Origin: an uncultured bacterium
GTDB taxonomy: Bacteria; Verrucomicrobiota; Verrucomicrobiia; Verrucomicrobiales; DEV007
Direction of reading: 5' to 3'
Length of the DNA: 64,000 bases
Assembly (NCBI GenBank): GCA_963977015.1
Contig: CAXBMO010000003.1
Span: 192,001-256,000 of the forward strand
Shown here: positions 38,643-51,700 of the stretch, piece after piece
Position numbering within the stretch: the stretch's first letter is position 1
How the letters are laid out: each line of letters begins with the position of its first letter
Made by a program: the position numbers and the translations under genes
The notes under the pieces: generated by a model
What the model was told of the DNA's origin: nothing
The model's input: the letters and a program-made list of their open reading frames with translations, nothing else
Database searches by the model: none

Positions 38643-39676
38643 ACGTCGGATTACTCGGAGCTGGATGGTTTGGGCGAACCGCCCACCTGGCAAACCTGGT
38701 CGCGATGCCGGAGACGACCCCGCTGGCAGCTAGTAGCCGAAGTGAAGCCAGTTTGGACGCGGCTCGAGAAATCGCGGGGCCCAATCTCAAGACTTTCACC
38801 GACTGGAAAGAGTTGCTGAAAATCGACGAGATTGACGCCGTCATCATCGCGTTGACCAACAATCTCCATTTCGAGGCCTGCCTTGCGGCGTTCGCAGCCG
38901 GAAAGCACGTTCTCTGCGAAAAGCCCCTTGGGCTCAGCAATCGGCAATGTGACGAAATTATTGCCGCCTCAAAAGCAGCAGGGAAGACGCTACAGGTTGG
39001 GCATGAAATGCGTTTTCAACGGCTGTATCAACGAATGAATGAGATGATTCGCGCTCATTCAATTGGAGACGTTCAGCTGATGTGGTGTCGAGAGTTTCGC
39101 GGCCCGATGCGCCCCGGTTGGCGCTCCAGCGAAGAACTGACCGGCGGCATGATTCTGGAGAAAAACTCCCATCACTTCGATCTTTTCAATTGGATGATCG
39201 ATGAAAAGCCGGTTCGCGTCATGGCAACTGGAGGCCGCAATGTGCTGAAGGATCGGGACGTTCTCGATAATGCTCAAGTTTTGGTGGAATACGAAAACGG
39301 CCGTCGAGCCAGTTTGGAAGTCTGCTTGTTCGCGCCATTTGGTGGGGAATGCGAGGTGGGAGCTGTCGGTAACCTGGGAAGAATCGATACCAGAAACCAG
39401 GATCTCTTCCTTTCCCATCAGCGCTTTGATTTGCCGGACCGGACCGAAATGCAAATCGCGGATTCGCCAGACGACGCAAATTTTGTCGACTCATCCGGTC
39501 GAATCGACCGGGGAATTCGTCCAGAGCTTGAACATTTCGTCGAATGTTGCGAGAACAACCGGGAGCCACTCACGGACGGTGCTTCCGCAAAAATGAGCGT
39601 TGCACTTTGCCTCGCAGCCCAGGAATCGATTCGCCGCCAAGAGGCTGTTGAGGTCGAGGAAGTCCTGACCCAATAA
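38639..39676 (+). CDS. Gfo/Idh/MocA oxidoreductase
   Basis: GAGWFG, GKHVLCEKP and EKNSHHFD motifs. Confidence 0.9.
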   Translation: MNVGLLGAGWFGRTAHLANLVAMPETTPLAASSRSEASLDAAREIAGPNLKTFTDWKELLKIDEIDAVIIALTNNLHFEACLAAFAAGKHVLCEKPLGLSNRQCDEIIAASKAAGKTLQVGHEMRFQRLYQRMNEMIRAHSIGDVQLMWCREFRGPMRPGWRSSEELTGGMILEKNSHHFDLFNWMIDEKPVRVMATGGRNVLKDRDVLDNAQVLVEYENGRRASLEVCLFAPFGGECEVGAVGNLGRIDTRNQDLFLSHQRFDLPDRTEMQIADSPDDANFVDSSGRIDRGIRPELEHFVECCENNREPLTDGASAKMSVALCLAAQESIRRQEAVEVEEVLTQ

Positions 39677-39726
39677 CGTCTGGCTCGTTTCCCGGACCTC
39701 TCAGTCTTCGGAAATCCTCAAGGCCT

Positions 39727-42700
39727 CTACTCCAGCTGTTTCAACGCTTCTTCGGGGCTCTCGCCGTCGATGATTTGGCCAAAGATGTCTCCGAAACTCA
39801 AAACCTGATTTGGATCCGGCATCGCACTGGAAAAGCGCCCCATCAGTCTCGGCATCGCGTTCTCACTACCGCCGAGATCGATGATTGCGCCAACCGGTTG
39901 CACCGTGATCGTGTACTGCCGGTCGTCCAACTGCACTCCATTGAGAGCCATCATCCAATTTCCGGCAGCATCGACCTGCACCGTTTGGCTGTAGCTAAAT
40001 CCGCCTGCTCCGTCGCTGATCATCACCGTGATTTGTCCCCCGGCCTGGCCGGTGCCGGCAAAGAAAGGCGTTAAGGTTGAAAGTGGCGGCAAACCGTTCA
40101 AAACACTGCTCACGCCGCTTTGGTTGATCCCGGAAATTCCCGCTGGGCCAGAGGAGGATGAACCGGTGCCTCCGCCTCCATTGCCTGCAAACGCCGCTTC
40201 AACGGGATCGACCCGGGCCCCGACAAAAATCGAACCCCCACCCGCCAGAATCTGGTAGATCCCGGTGATTCCATTGAAGTTGGGTCCGCTTTCCGTGACC
40301 TCTTCCGGTTCTGGAGCTGTTTCAGTGGTTGAGGGCGCTGGGGCAACCGTGCCACTGTCCCCCGTATTATTGGCAACGCCACCGGGAGCGGCTACCGCTG
40401 GGGCAACGCTGCGGATCAGCACCACGTCATTTCCGTCGCCTCCCACATAGCTGATCTTGAAGCGGGTGCCTCCCACGTCCACGATCGCGCCCTCTGCTAA
40501 TCCGCTGAAGGTGGAAATTACGGCATCCGTGTCGTCGTTGTCGATCACCACGATTTCCACTCCGTTCTCTGGATCAGCGATACCACTCACATCCAATGTT
40601 GCGCCGTCCAGATCCACCGTTCCGGTCACCTGGATTACGTCGTGTTCACCAGGTTCGGCGCCATCAACCTGCATCGTGACTGTGCCGGTGCCAAAGTCGA
40701 TACTCTTCACCACCAGCGTCTCGGTCGAATCACCGATGTCGCCCGGCTCAATCGTGCCGGAATCGACGCTGACCGTTGCATCGACGGTCCCATGCCCGCC
40801 AAGGATGTCGCCCGAGCTCATTGATAGCCCGTTCGCCGCGATCAAGGTCCCGCCGTTCAGTGTTGTGGAGGCGCCAATCGCTGCCAACCCGGAATCGAGA
40901 AGCGTCACGGTCTGCAAACCAACTTCGATCGAGCCCGCAGTGGAAAAGGAAATCTCCGATGCGATCCCCAGACTCAATGCCCCGTCCGCGATAATGGCCG
41001 AACCGACTGAACCATCAATCAGGGTCTCTAGCGTGCCCGATCCACGCAACGTGCCGCCGTCTGCAATCAACAATCTGGCAGGCCCTGAGGTGCCGGTGAC
41101 CGTGGTCCCTGTAATCGTGGTGATCGCTCCGTTGGCGGTGATGAGGCTGCCAGTCCCGGTCAACACTTTGGCGGAACCGCCCCCCGCCTCGGCTGTGATG
41201 TTCAGGATGTTGGCATTGATCAAATCTCCAGCGGATGTGTCGATGGTCTGTTCATTCCAGATCACTCCATTGCCGCCCACATCAAAGGTTATCCCACCCG
41301 CTCCAGCCGCGAAGTTGGTCTCAATTGAACCGTTGTCCGAGTAGGTGATGCGAAGAGCGCTGCTCCCGGTCGTAGTTCCCGTGACGGTTCCGGTCCAGGT
41401 GCCGCCCAACTCGATGTCGCCGCCGTCCGCCATCCACGTTCCTGCTGCGTCGGATGATACATTCTCCGATGCGATGCGAAGTCGCCCTGCTTCCGCGAGG
41501 ACCGTTCCATTGGCCGTCTGGGTGAATGTCCCGGAATTCTTGTCGAACGAGAAAAAGAACGACGGATCACTTCCCGCTGCCGATTTTTTGAGGGTGCCGT
41601 TATTAACAAACTCAGCAGTGCTGCCGTCGAGGAACTGGACGTCGCCCCGATTCTTAAGGTCGAAGGTGCCGTTGTTCTGAAACGTCACGCTTCCACCAAT
41701 CACCAGGTTGTCGTTGTTCCCGCCGTAAGCGTGATTGAAGATCCCGTCGTTGGTGAAGGTGCCACTGCCGTCCAGCGTAATACTTCCGTCGGCACTGAAG
41801 TTTGTCGTGCCGCTGGTGGTGATACCGGGATTGTTCAAGGTCAGGGTGCGGTTGCCCGTCACCGGGCTCAATTCCAGGATCCCCGAGGCGCCGAATGTCA
41901 GCACGTTGCTTCCCCCAAGCGTGAAATCGCTGCGCAGATTGACAGTCCCGTCGCTAATGACTTCGCTCGAGTTAATGGTCCAGGTGCCGCTACTGTTCAG
42001 GTTCACAATCCCACCATCGTTGTTGGTGAACTTCGCGTTCTCCGCAACCGTGACGGTTCCGCCATCATTGAAGTTGATGATCCCGCCGGATTCGTTGATC
42101 AACCCCGGCCCACCTTCATGGAATTGATGATCAGCTGTGCCGGAAAGCGTGATGGTGCCAAAATTGCGAATTGCACCGCCGGGGCCAGTGCTGCCACTTT
42201 GTTTGAATTCCACCTCCGATTTCCCCGATGGATTCTCCATCACGACCGTGCCAGTGGCGGTGTTCGTGAGTTCCACGTAAAGACGCAGTTGGGTCGAATT
42301 GATCGTAAACGTGCCGTTGTTGGTAATCTTGTTGGTTGACTCAGAGGTCGCGAAGATCGGAAACAACCGGTTCGTGCCGGTTTCCATCTGCCCATCGTTG
42401 ATCAACTCAGTGCCGCCAACGAGCTTGAAGCGGCCTCCATTGATGTTGAACAAATTCCCAGCCGTGTTGGTAGCGGTGTTTGCTCTGATTTGGAATTCAT
42501 GTGAGCTACCACTCTGCAAGGTGGTGTCGCCATTAAAATAGATCTCGGCGGCCGTCAGCGTCATCGGCCCCGAAGTTCCCTGCTGCAACGTGCCGTTGTA
42601 GGTCTGGTTACCCGAAGTGGTATCCACTGAGGCATTCAGAGTGATCGTCTCCGCAGTAATGGCGAGATTGCCATTGAAATCCAAGGCTTGGGAAATCGTT

Positions 42701-45700
42701 ACCGAGTCCGTCCCTCCGCCCGTGTTCACGATCAGATCCGACGCGAAACTGGAGTCCAGACTTTCAATCGTAATGGCATCGGCGTCGCTTCCACCGTTGA
42801 TGGTGAGCGAACCCGCCGGCACGCTGAAAGTCGTGGGCGCAAACGTCGAGCCAACCAATTCCATTTCACCCGCGTTGGTGCTGTTGCGTAAAACCACGTC
42901 CGCGTTGTCCCCCGCCGGCAGATTGAGAACCAAATCCGCGACCGTGCTGCCCGTCGTGTCGACGGCTTCTAGTTGGGTTGTTTCAATCTCCACGCTCCCG
43001 CTGGAATCAAGATCGATCGTGCCCGTTTCGGCTCCGGTGAAGGTCTGCGTTACCGTGCCCAAAGGCGTTGAGCCATCGTTCACAACGACGAGTTCGTCCG
43101 CGTCGCCCGAATTCTCGCCACCATTGAAGACAATCTTCTGGTGAATCACGTCCGCAGCATTGGTTCCCAGATCGACGGTTAACCGGTCATCTCCTGCTCC
43201 GGTGTTGAAACGAATCTCAGCATTCGGATCGATGTTCTCCAACACCGAATAGGCGAAGAAAACTTCATTCTTGCTGATTCGCACCGCACCGGGAACGTCT
43301 GTCGCAATGATATGATTCGGATCGGATATCGTGTAGCCATCCTGCCCCAGCGTCGCGTTCGCTCCCGGCGTGATCGTCAGGGTATCGTTGCTGTCCGAGG
43401 TAATGTCGGTGATGATCAGATTCCCGGAACCATCCTGGGTGATCTCCGTCTCCGCGACGCCTTCCGCCGTCAGCACCACATCGTTTCCGTCACCGCCCTC
43501 GTAGGTAATCGAAAACGTGTAGCTTGTTCCCGAGTAGGAAAGATCCAGAAACGTCCCTTCGCTAAGTCCCGTAAACACACCCACCACATCATCGTCCGTG
43601 CCGTCGTTGTCGATGATGATGAACTGATCACCCACGTTGGGCGCATATCCAAGCGCGCCGTTGAAGGTGGCATCGCTCAAGGTAACCAGTCCGGTCACCT
43701 TCACCTGATCGTGATTCGTTCCAACCGTGGTTCCCGAGATCTCAAAGGTGAGCTGTGCGTTGCTGTCCAAATCGAGGTCGCCACTGACTTCGAGCGTGCC
43801 AAAGGTCCCCAAACCGGGAGCCGCCTCGCCATTCAACGTAAGCGTACCCGCGGTGATGTCGGGGCTTTCCCCTCGATCCAGAATTTCCCCGTTGCCCGAC
43901 GTTATGCCCACATTGCCCGAACTCGAGATGCTGGAAACCGTGACGTTTCCATCCGCGCTCAAGGCAACCGTGCCTCCGCCGGCCACGATCGATGAACCGT
44001 CCGCCATGTCGATCGCTCCACCCGAACCGTTGGCGTCTCCATTGGCATCTGCGGTGACCGTGACGTTGACCGTCCCCGCAACCGGAACAGCCGTAATGGT
44101 GAAATCGTCGATCGCGATGTCACTTTGATAGCCGAGAGATACATCTCCGGAAACCGCACCCGCAATCCCATCAACCCTCAGTACAAAATTGGGACTTCCC
44201 AAAAACGCATCTAGACTCACAGTGGCTTGGTTCCATTGATTACCCTGATTTTCGGTTACGGAAAACAATTCGGTCCAATTCGAACCATCAGTGCTGCCAT
44301 ATGCTTTTAGCGTCCCCATGTCGGTTGCGCCTCCACCTCGGTCGATTTGGGCATACATGTGGTAGTGGAACTCCAGATTGGCTGTCTGCATCCCGCTCAA
44401 GTCCAGGGTCGGAGAATACAGGGTGGCGGTCTCGCCTTCCAACACCGGATCGGAGGTCTCGATGTAGAGGAATTTTCCGGTCGAATTACCGGTGGTATGA
44501 TCGGCGGTAGGCCCCGTTCCACCACTCACCGTCCCCTCCGCGTCCGGCGACCAATCCAAGTCGTCAGTTCCCTGGAGGTTCGTCCACCCGTTGCCCAGCG
44601 GGATGTTGGTGGCGCGTGCGGATGTGCTCCCTTGGGCAAAGGAATCGAAGGTTTCGTTCAAGAGCGTCACCTGAGTGGGCCCCTGAATTTGTGAACCGGT
44701 CAGGAAGCTGACATCGTTATCCGCGCTGAGATTAACCGTTGAGGAACGGACGATCGTGTTGGCCGCGACGGTAAGATCGTTGGTGGAGTCAATCGAAACG
44801 GTCGCTCCCTCCGTCGAAATGATCCCCAGTCCCGCTCCCGCATCTCCCAACACCAAATCACCCGTGTTGGAAACGAAAACTCCGCCCGTTCCGCCATCGG
44901 CTTCCAAGTTGTTCAGTTGGGTGTCCAGGCTATTGCCGGACATTCCCACTCCAGCCGCTGCCGTTGCGACAAAGGCGCTCGCGACCAGATCGGTGCCGGA
45001 ATCGCCACCATCGACAATCGCCCCACTGGTTGAAATCGCGGTGATGGTCGCGGTGGTGGTGATGCTGGAAACCGTGATATCTTCGTCCGCGCTCAGACGA
45101 ACGTTGCCATTACCGGCATTGACCGTCGAGCCATCCGCCATGTTGATCGCGCCACCGGAGCCGTTTCCGTCTTGATCGGCATCGGCCGTGATCGTGATCT
45201 GGGTGTTCGTAACGAGTTCGCCGTAAAAGCGAAAATCGTCGAGCGCGATATCGCTTTGGTAGGTGCTGCTGGTCAACGGACCGGCAATGCCATCAACCCG
45301 AAGGACGAAGTTGGAGCTACCGGCAAAGGCATTGAGATCGATCGAAGGAGTCTGATTCCAGACATTGCCCTGGCTCCCCGAAACCGAGAACAACTCTGCC
45401 GACCAGGTCGATCCGCCATCGGCGCTTCCGTAAACCTTCAAATCACCCATTTGCCCACCCAACATGTGGTACCAGAAATCCACGCTCACCGTGGAGTGGT
45501 TGCTCAGGTCCAGGGTCGGAGAATAGAGAGTCGCCGTGTCGCCCTGTTCAATGGGGTTGGAAGTTTCGATGTAGAGATAGGTGCCATTGGCATTTCCAAG
45601 CGTGTGATCAGTTCCCGGGCCAGTGCCGCCACTGGGAGTTCCTCCCTTGTCTGGCGACCAATCAATCTGATCCACCGGGACGGATCCCAGGTTGACCCAT

Positions 45701-48700
45701 CCCGAAGCCTCGGGCAGCGTCTGATGAGGTCTCGGATTCGACGTTGGTCCCTGACCAAAGGTCTCAAAATCCTCAACCAAGAGATCGCCGCTGTCGGCAT
45801 AAAACCGGAAATCGTCCAAAGCGATATCGCCGCGGTAGTCCGTACCCTTCGTCCCGATAATTCGAAGCTGAAACTGGGCGGAGTTGTCGAAGGAAGAGAG
45901 ATCTAACACCGCCTGATTCCAGCTATCTCCCTGATCTCCACTGACGGACAACAGGTCCGCCGACCAAGTGGCCCCGCCATCGGAGCTACCCTGTACAGTC
46001 AAGGTGCCCATGCCCGTTCCCGGCTGTGAGTACATGTGATAGAAAAACTCGACAGCGGAGTTTGTTTGGCCCGTTAGGTCAATGACTGGCGAAAGAAGGT
46101 GGGAAAACTCGCCCGCATCCACCGTTCCCGACGTCTCAAGAAACAAGTAAGTTCCCGTTGAATCCCCGTGCGTGTGATCGGCGCCCGGACCCGTCTCCGG
46201 GCTCGGCGTTCCGTCGCGGTCGGACACGAAATCCAAGGTATCGGGCCCGGGCTCATACCTCGCGTTGCCCCAACCTTCGCCAGCCGGAAGACCGACATTC
46301 GCCCCCGCGTTCGTCGAGCCTTGAGGAAAACTCTCAAAATTCTGCGAGTGAATCACCACGTTGCCCAATGCCGCGTCGGGGCCGGAAATGCTCACGCCGG
46401 ACGTCAGGTTCACGTCGCTATCGGCTTCCAGATTGATGGTTCCACCAACAACGGTGGTATCGACCAAATTCAGATCCTCTGCACTGTCGAGAGTGAGCGT
46501 GTGTGCTCCGGAATCGACGTTTCCGCCAATTCTGGCGCTCCCCGTGGTTGTTTCCACGAGGATGAAACCATCTGCAGTCGAAATACTCGAACCAGCGTCG
46601 CTATCGACGGCGAACGTGCTGCTGCCGTCCCCACCACTGCCAGAAATCTCGATTCGGCCTTGGCCGGTTGAGGAAACCGTTGCGCCCACGATCGCGACGC
46701 CGTCATCAACGCTGGCGGAACCAGTGATGGTAATGTTCCCCTTCTCCGTCGTCACGTCCGCCTCAACCAAGACGCCGCCGGATCCGGCCAACGAGATGGT
46801 TCCGCCGCCTGAGGTCGCCAGCGCCGCGCTGATGCCTATGTGGACGCCAACCTCGGTCGTCGAACTAGCGTTCAAGCGGATCAGTCCGCCCTGTCCGTCA
46901 ATTCCGCCCGTCACGTCGATTGTTTCCGCATCGACACCCAAACCATTGCCTGAATTGGAGAACACCGATCCCAGGGTGACATTCGCACCCGTCATCGTGA
47001 CTCCGGCAGTCAAGGTCGCCGTCGCGTCATTGTAAGTTTGATCTCCGACGGTCGTGACGTCTTGCCCCAAGCTCAATGCTCCATCCGCATTGGTCGACAG
47101 CGACGCCAGTGCCGCCGTCGTCCCGACAAAATCACCAAACGTGGTCGCCGAATTGTTGCCGGTGTTCACGATCAGCGCGCGCGCCGTTGTGTCGGAATCC
47201 ACTGTGCTGGCGAAAGTCACGTCTCCACCTGCGGTCAACGTAACGTCCGCCCCCAGGGTCACTGCGCCGTTGTAAGTCTGCGTGCTTCCGGAGACCACAT
47301 TGGATCCCAGGACGATCTGTTCCGCGTTCACCACCAAACTGGTCGGAATGGCGTTTGGAGTCGTGGCCGGCTCCGGCAGGCTTGTGATCGTCACCTGATC
47401 AAAGCCGCTCGGTGCCGCCGCATCAGCGCCGTTGGCGGTCTCAAAACGGATCCCACCCGTCACGGCCGATGCCGCGACCTCGATTGTGTTGACGTCAACC
47501 TGGGTCACAGTCCCGGCTGGCAAACTCGAGGACAGGATCAGGTTGGGATCGTGGATGATGTAAACGTCGCGGGCATCGTCAAACGAGATCTCCAGGCGGT
47601 CCTCGCTGTCGCTTTCCATATCGGTGATAACCAGGTCATCCACTCCCCCATTATCGACCAGTTCCACGCTGGTTTCGGCGAGTCCGAAACTTTCCAGAAC
47701 CACGTCGTTGCCATCGCCGCCGGCGTAGTTGATCCGGAAGACGTAGGAGCTGCTACCGTCGCTGACACTGAAAAGGTCGCTGAACCCGTCACCGTCGGCA
47801 TCAGGATGGCTCGCAAAAAATCCGGACACCGCATCGGTGGCGTCGGCGGCTCCGGCAGGATCGTTGTTCGAAATCAGCACGATGGCCGGATCGCTCGAAG
47901 TCGGCGTGTAACCGCTCAGGTCAAAGGCGATGGTTGAATTGGTGTCGTCCAGGTTCAACTCGCCATTGACGATCAATTGATCGTGTCCGTCGGCTGCGCC
48001 GGGACCACCCAGCCCGTGAAGATCGAAGTGAAGCGTCCCTGCTGTGAGCGTGAAGTCACCATCAACCGTCATGGTGTCGCTGGCTCCGTCTTCGCCGATC
48101 TGGATAATGCCGCCCTGTTGATTGAGCGAAAAGCCGATCAAATCGATATCTTTCAAGGTGCCGTCCGTGAAGGCAAACGTTCGTGTGCCGCCACCTTCGC
48201 TGAGGGTCCCGTTCTGCAGATCGAGGACTCCACCGCCCAGGTTCAACGTTCCCCTGGTGTTGGCATCGTTTGAGGAAGAACCACCGGAATCAGGGGCGGC
48301 CAGAACGGCCGAATTCGCGGTGACGGTTCCTGCGGTATAGGTCAGAACGCCCTTTCCGCTGCCTGATCCGCTGTGGTGCGCCCCGATGACAAGTTCATCC
48401 AAGGCCGCGTTGAAGGTTCCTCCGGTGAGATCCACTTGGCTGAGGTCAGGATTCGTGCCCGTTCCGGATCCGTCATTGTAGCCGATCTGGAAATCCGTTT
48501 CCGCGTTGGCGTCGCCGGCAAGCGTGAAGGTTCCTCCATCGACGATGTCGATGAACCCGACGCTTTTGCGACCGCCGACGGTCAGCGAATCCAGATTGAA
48601 GACATTGGCGGCCCCGCCGAGATGAAGTTCACTGACCCGCGTGAGATTGGAGCCGGATTCGACAGAGCCCATCAGGAAAGAACTCGCGGTCACCGTATTG

Positions 48701-51700
48701 GTTCCCGCAGTTGACAAGGTCAAGTCTCCCTCCGCTGATCCTCCCTGGCCAAAATCCGTAGTCGCATCCGTTCCCAACCGGATCTCATCCACATCAATCG
48801 TGACGGAATCGGCCCCACTAAGATTGACGATGCCTTTCGCATCTGCGCCAGACGGGCCATTGCGTCGCCCGATGTCGAGAATCCCGGTGCCATCCCCAAT
48901 CAGGACATCACCGTCTTGAACCGTGAGACTGGCATCCAAAGCATCGAAACCAACCCTCAGTGAATCGACATCCAAACCATTCCCAACGGTCATGGTGCCA
49001 TCGTCAATTTGGAGCGTACCGGACCCCGCGGCATTGCTTACCCCGTTCGTCACCGCAACGGAACCGTTGTTCACGACCTGCAACTTGCCAGCGTCAATCG
49101 AAACCGTGTCGGTCCCGCTGATGGACCCGCCATCGACCACGAGGCTACCCGCAACCGCGTTCGTCGATCCAACATAGTTATTGGCCCCAGTGAGCGTCAG
49201 GGTGCCGCTCCCGTCTTTCGCCAAAGTAACGGCGCCATCAATAGTTCCCCGGTAGGTGGTGTCGCCGCTTTGATTCACGGTCAAGGTCGCCGCCGTCGCG
49301 CTGGTGACCACGGCGTCCAGCGCACTCTGATTGGTGCCTCCGGAGAACAATGACGCCACAGTCTGGCTGGTTCCGTTCAAATCCAAGGTTCCCCCGCTTC
49401 CGTAGCCCAAACCACTGTGACGGAAGGTCGCGCTCGACGCCAGTGCGTTATCGACATCCAATCGCAGGGTTCCGCTCGTCAAGGTCGTGCTCGACCAGGT
49501 GTTGCCGGCAACTCCAATCGTCGTCAGTCCTCCCGAATCCGTGTAAAACGTACCGCTGTTCAGGTTGATGGGATTGGTCGTGAAGTGAATCGCCCCGCCC
49601 GTGGCATTGACCACGAAAAAGGCATTGCCACTTGCCCCAACGCCACCGGCAAAGGTCAAGTTTCCGGCGGAAGAACGGATCCGGGAGCTGCCGCCCACAA
49701 TGCTAAGCTGAGCGGTGATCGTGTTGTCGCCACTAATGTTATCCAGCGCCGGCACATTCTGTTGGCTCCCAGTCAGTTCTATTGTGTCGCCGATGGTAAT
49801 CCCCCCGGTGAGTTCCAACCTCGCCTTATTTGCCTGGTCAATGGTTGTCTTGCCAGTGGCCGCTCCCAGCGCTCCGTCGTGCGAAATCCGCAGATTCCCC
49901 CCATCGATCTGAGTGACACCGGCGTAACTGCTGTCGCCGGACAATGTCAGTCTTCCCGTTCCCGTCTTGGTCAATCCGCCCTCCCCGCTAATCACACCCG
50001 CAAAGTCCCCACTTCCCACAGTCAAGGTCGTCGCCGTCGTGTGCGTTCCATCCACTCCACCCAATTCCACAGTGACATTCGTTCCCCCGGTCAACGACGC
50101 AATACTGCTGTCGCCTCCGACGAATTTCACGGTGACGTTATTGGTCAGGCCGCTCAGGTCGAGATCCTGGCCGCTATAGTCTCCAGCGTTGATGATCAGC
50201 GTGACATCCTCAACCGGATTGAGGGCATTCACGGCATCCGCAAAGTTATCGAACGCATCGGTCCCGAAGAGCGCGCCCTGATTTCCGCCAACTTCAACAT
50301 CCCCATCCACGGAATCACCGCTGCTCGCGCCCCAATCGTCATTGACATAGATGGTGGTGCCAAAGGTGAAATCCAGCGAACCGGCATCACGGGCTTCCGC
50401 GACATTCGGGCCGGTGGAGAGCGAAGCGACTTGTCCGGACGTCAACGCGCGGTCGTAGAGAATCACCTCATCGAGTAACGACGCATTGAGGGCCGTGCCG
50501 ATGGTCAGTGGCTCAGTATTAGAAAGCCCGTCGCCATGCGCGTAGTTCTCCTGATTGGTCAACACACCATCGACATACTCTTGAGATAAGCCGTTGTTCA
50601 GCACGTAAACCACGTGGTGCCAAGTGTCGTCCAGAATGGGGCCACCCTGGCCGTCGTGCTGGTTGCCATTAAAATTTCCTCCGGTTCCGGTGGTGTCCGT
50701 CCGAATCAAGAGGTCATCTGTCGAGCCATACCGGGTCACCAGCCAGCTCGTTGTTCCTCCCGCCTCAGTTCCCTTGCGAATCACTCGAACCCAGCTCCCT
50801 TCTGAGGAGTCCCCCTTGACCCAGAACGAGAGGGTCATTTCGTCATCGATACCTTCCAGTGACAGGGAATTCGCCACGGTCACGGCCGACCCGGCTCCAT
50901 CGAGCGATTGGCCACCTCCGAAAACGTCCGCCACGTCGGTGCTGTAGCTTCCTCCTGTTCCATCGTTGGCATTGCCCGATGAGTCTTGTGCGTTTCCGTC
51001 ATCGAACGACCAAATCCCCACGGCATCTCCCAATCGGTCCAAGACGGTGACACTTATCTGGTGAGTGGCCGGAGACGCGTATGTGTGGTTGCTCTGCAGG
51101 GTGCGGGCTCCCGTGGTCAACAGCACTTCGGTGACGGCGTTACCGTCACCCCAATCAATCACCGCCTTGTGTTCGTCCAGAGATCCCGGATCGGTAAAAT
51201 CGATCTGGAGGGTCATTTCCCCTGTCTGGGCATCCTTAGAAACGATCTGCAGTGTATCAACAACGGGCGGCACATCGGAAACCGTCACCGTCGCGAAGGT
51301 GGAATCGCCCCCAATGTGAATCGGTCCTGATGCATCCCGAATCTCGTCATCGGTCAGGATGCGGCTCCACAGCGCAACTTCGTCCATGGAGCCACCCAAA
51401 TTGGTGTCGCCGATGTAGAGAGTGCCGCTATTCCCCAGCCCGTCCCCGTGAAGATAGCTGTCAGTTTGCACCAGAACGCCATCGACGAACTGTTTCGCCA
51501 CACCGTTGTCCAACGTGAAAACGATGTGATGCCATTGGTTGTCCAGCGTATCGTCTCCAGCCCACAATTTGTTCTGATTGTTCGCTCCGTCGGTCCCGGT
51601 CGTATCTGTCCGGATATTCAAATCCGTCGAATTGCTGTATCGGCCAACGTGCCAACCTTCGCCTCCTCCGGCTTTGACGATGGTGCGCTCCCAATTGTCC

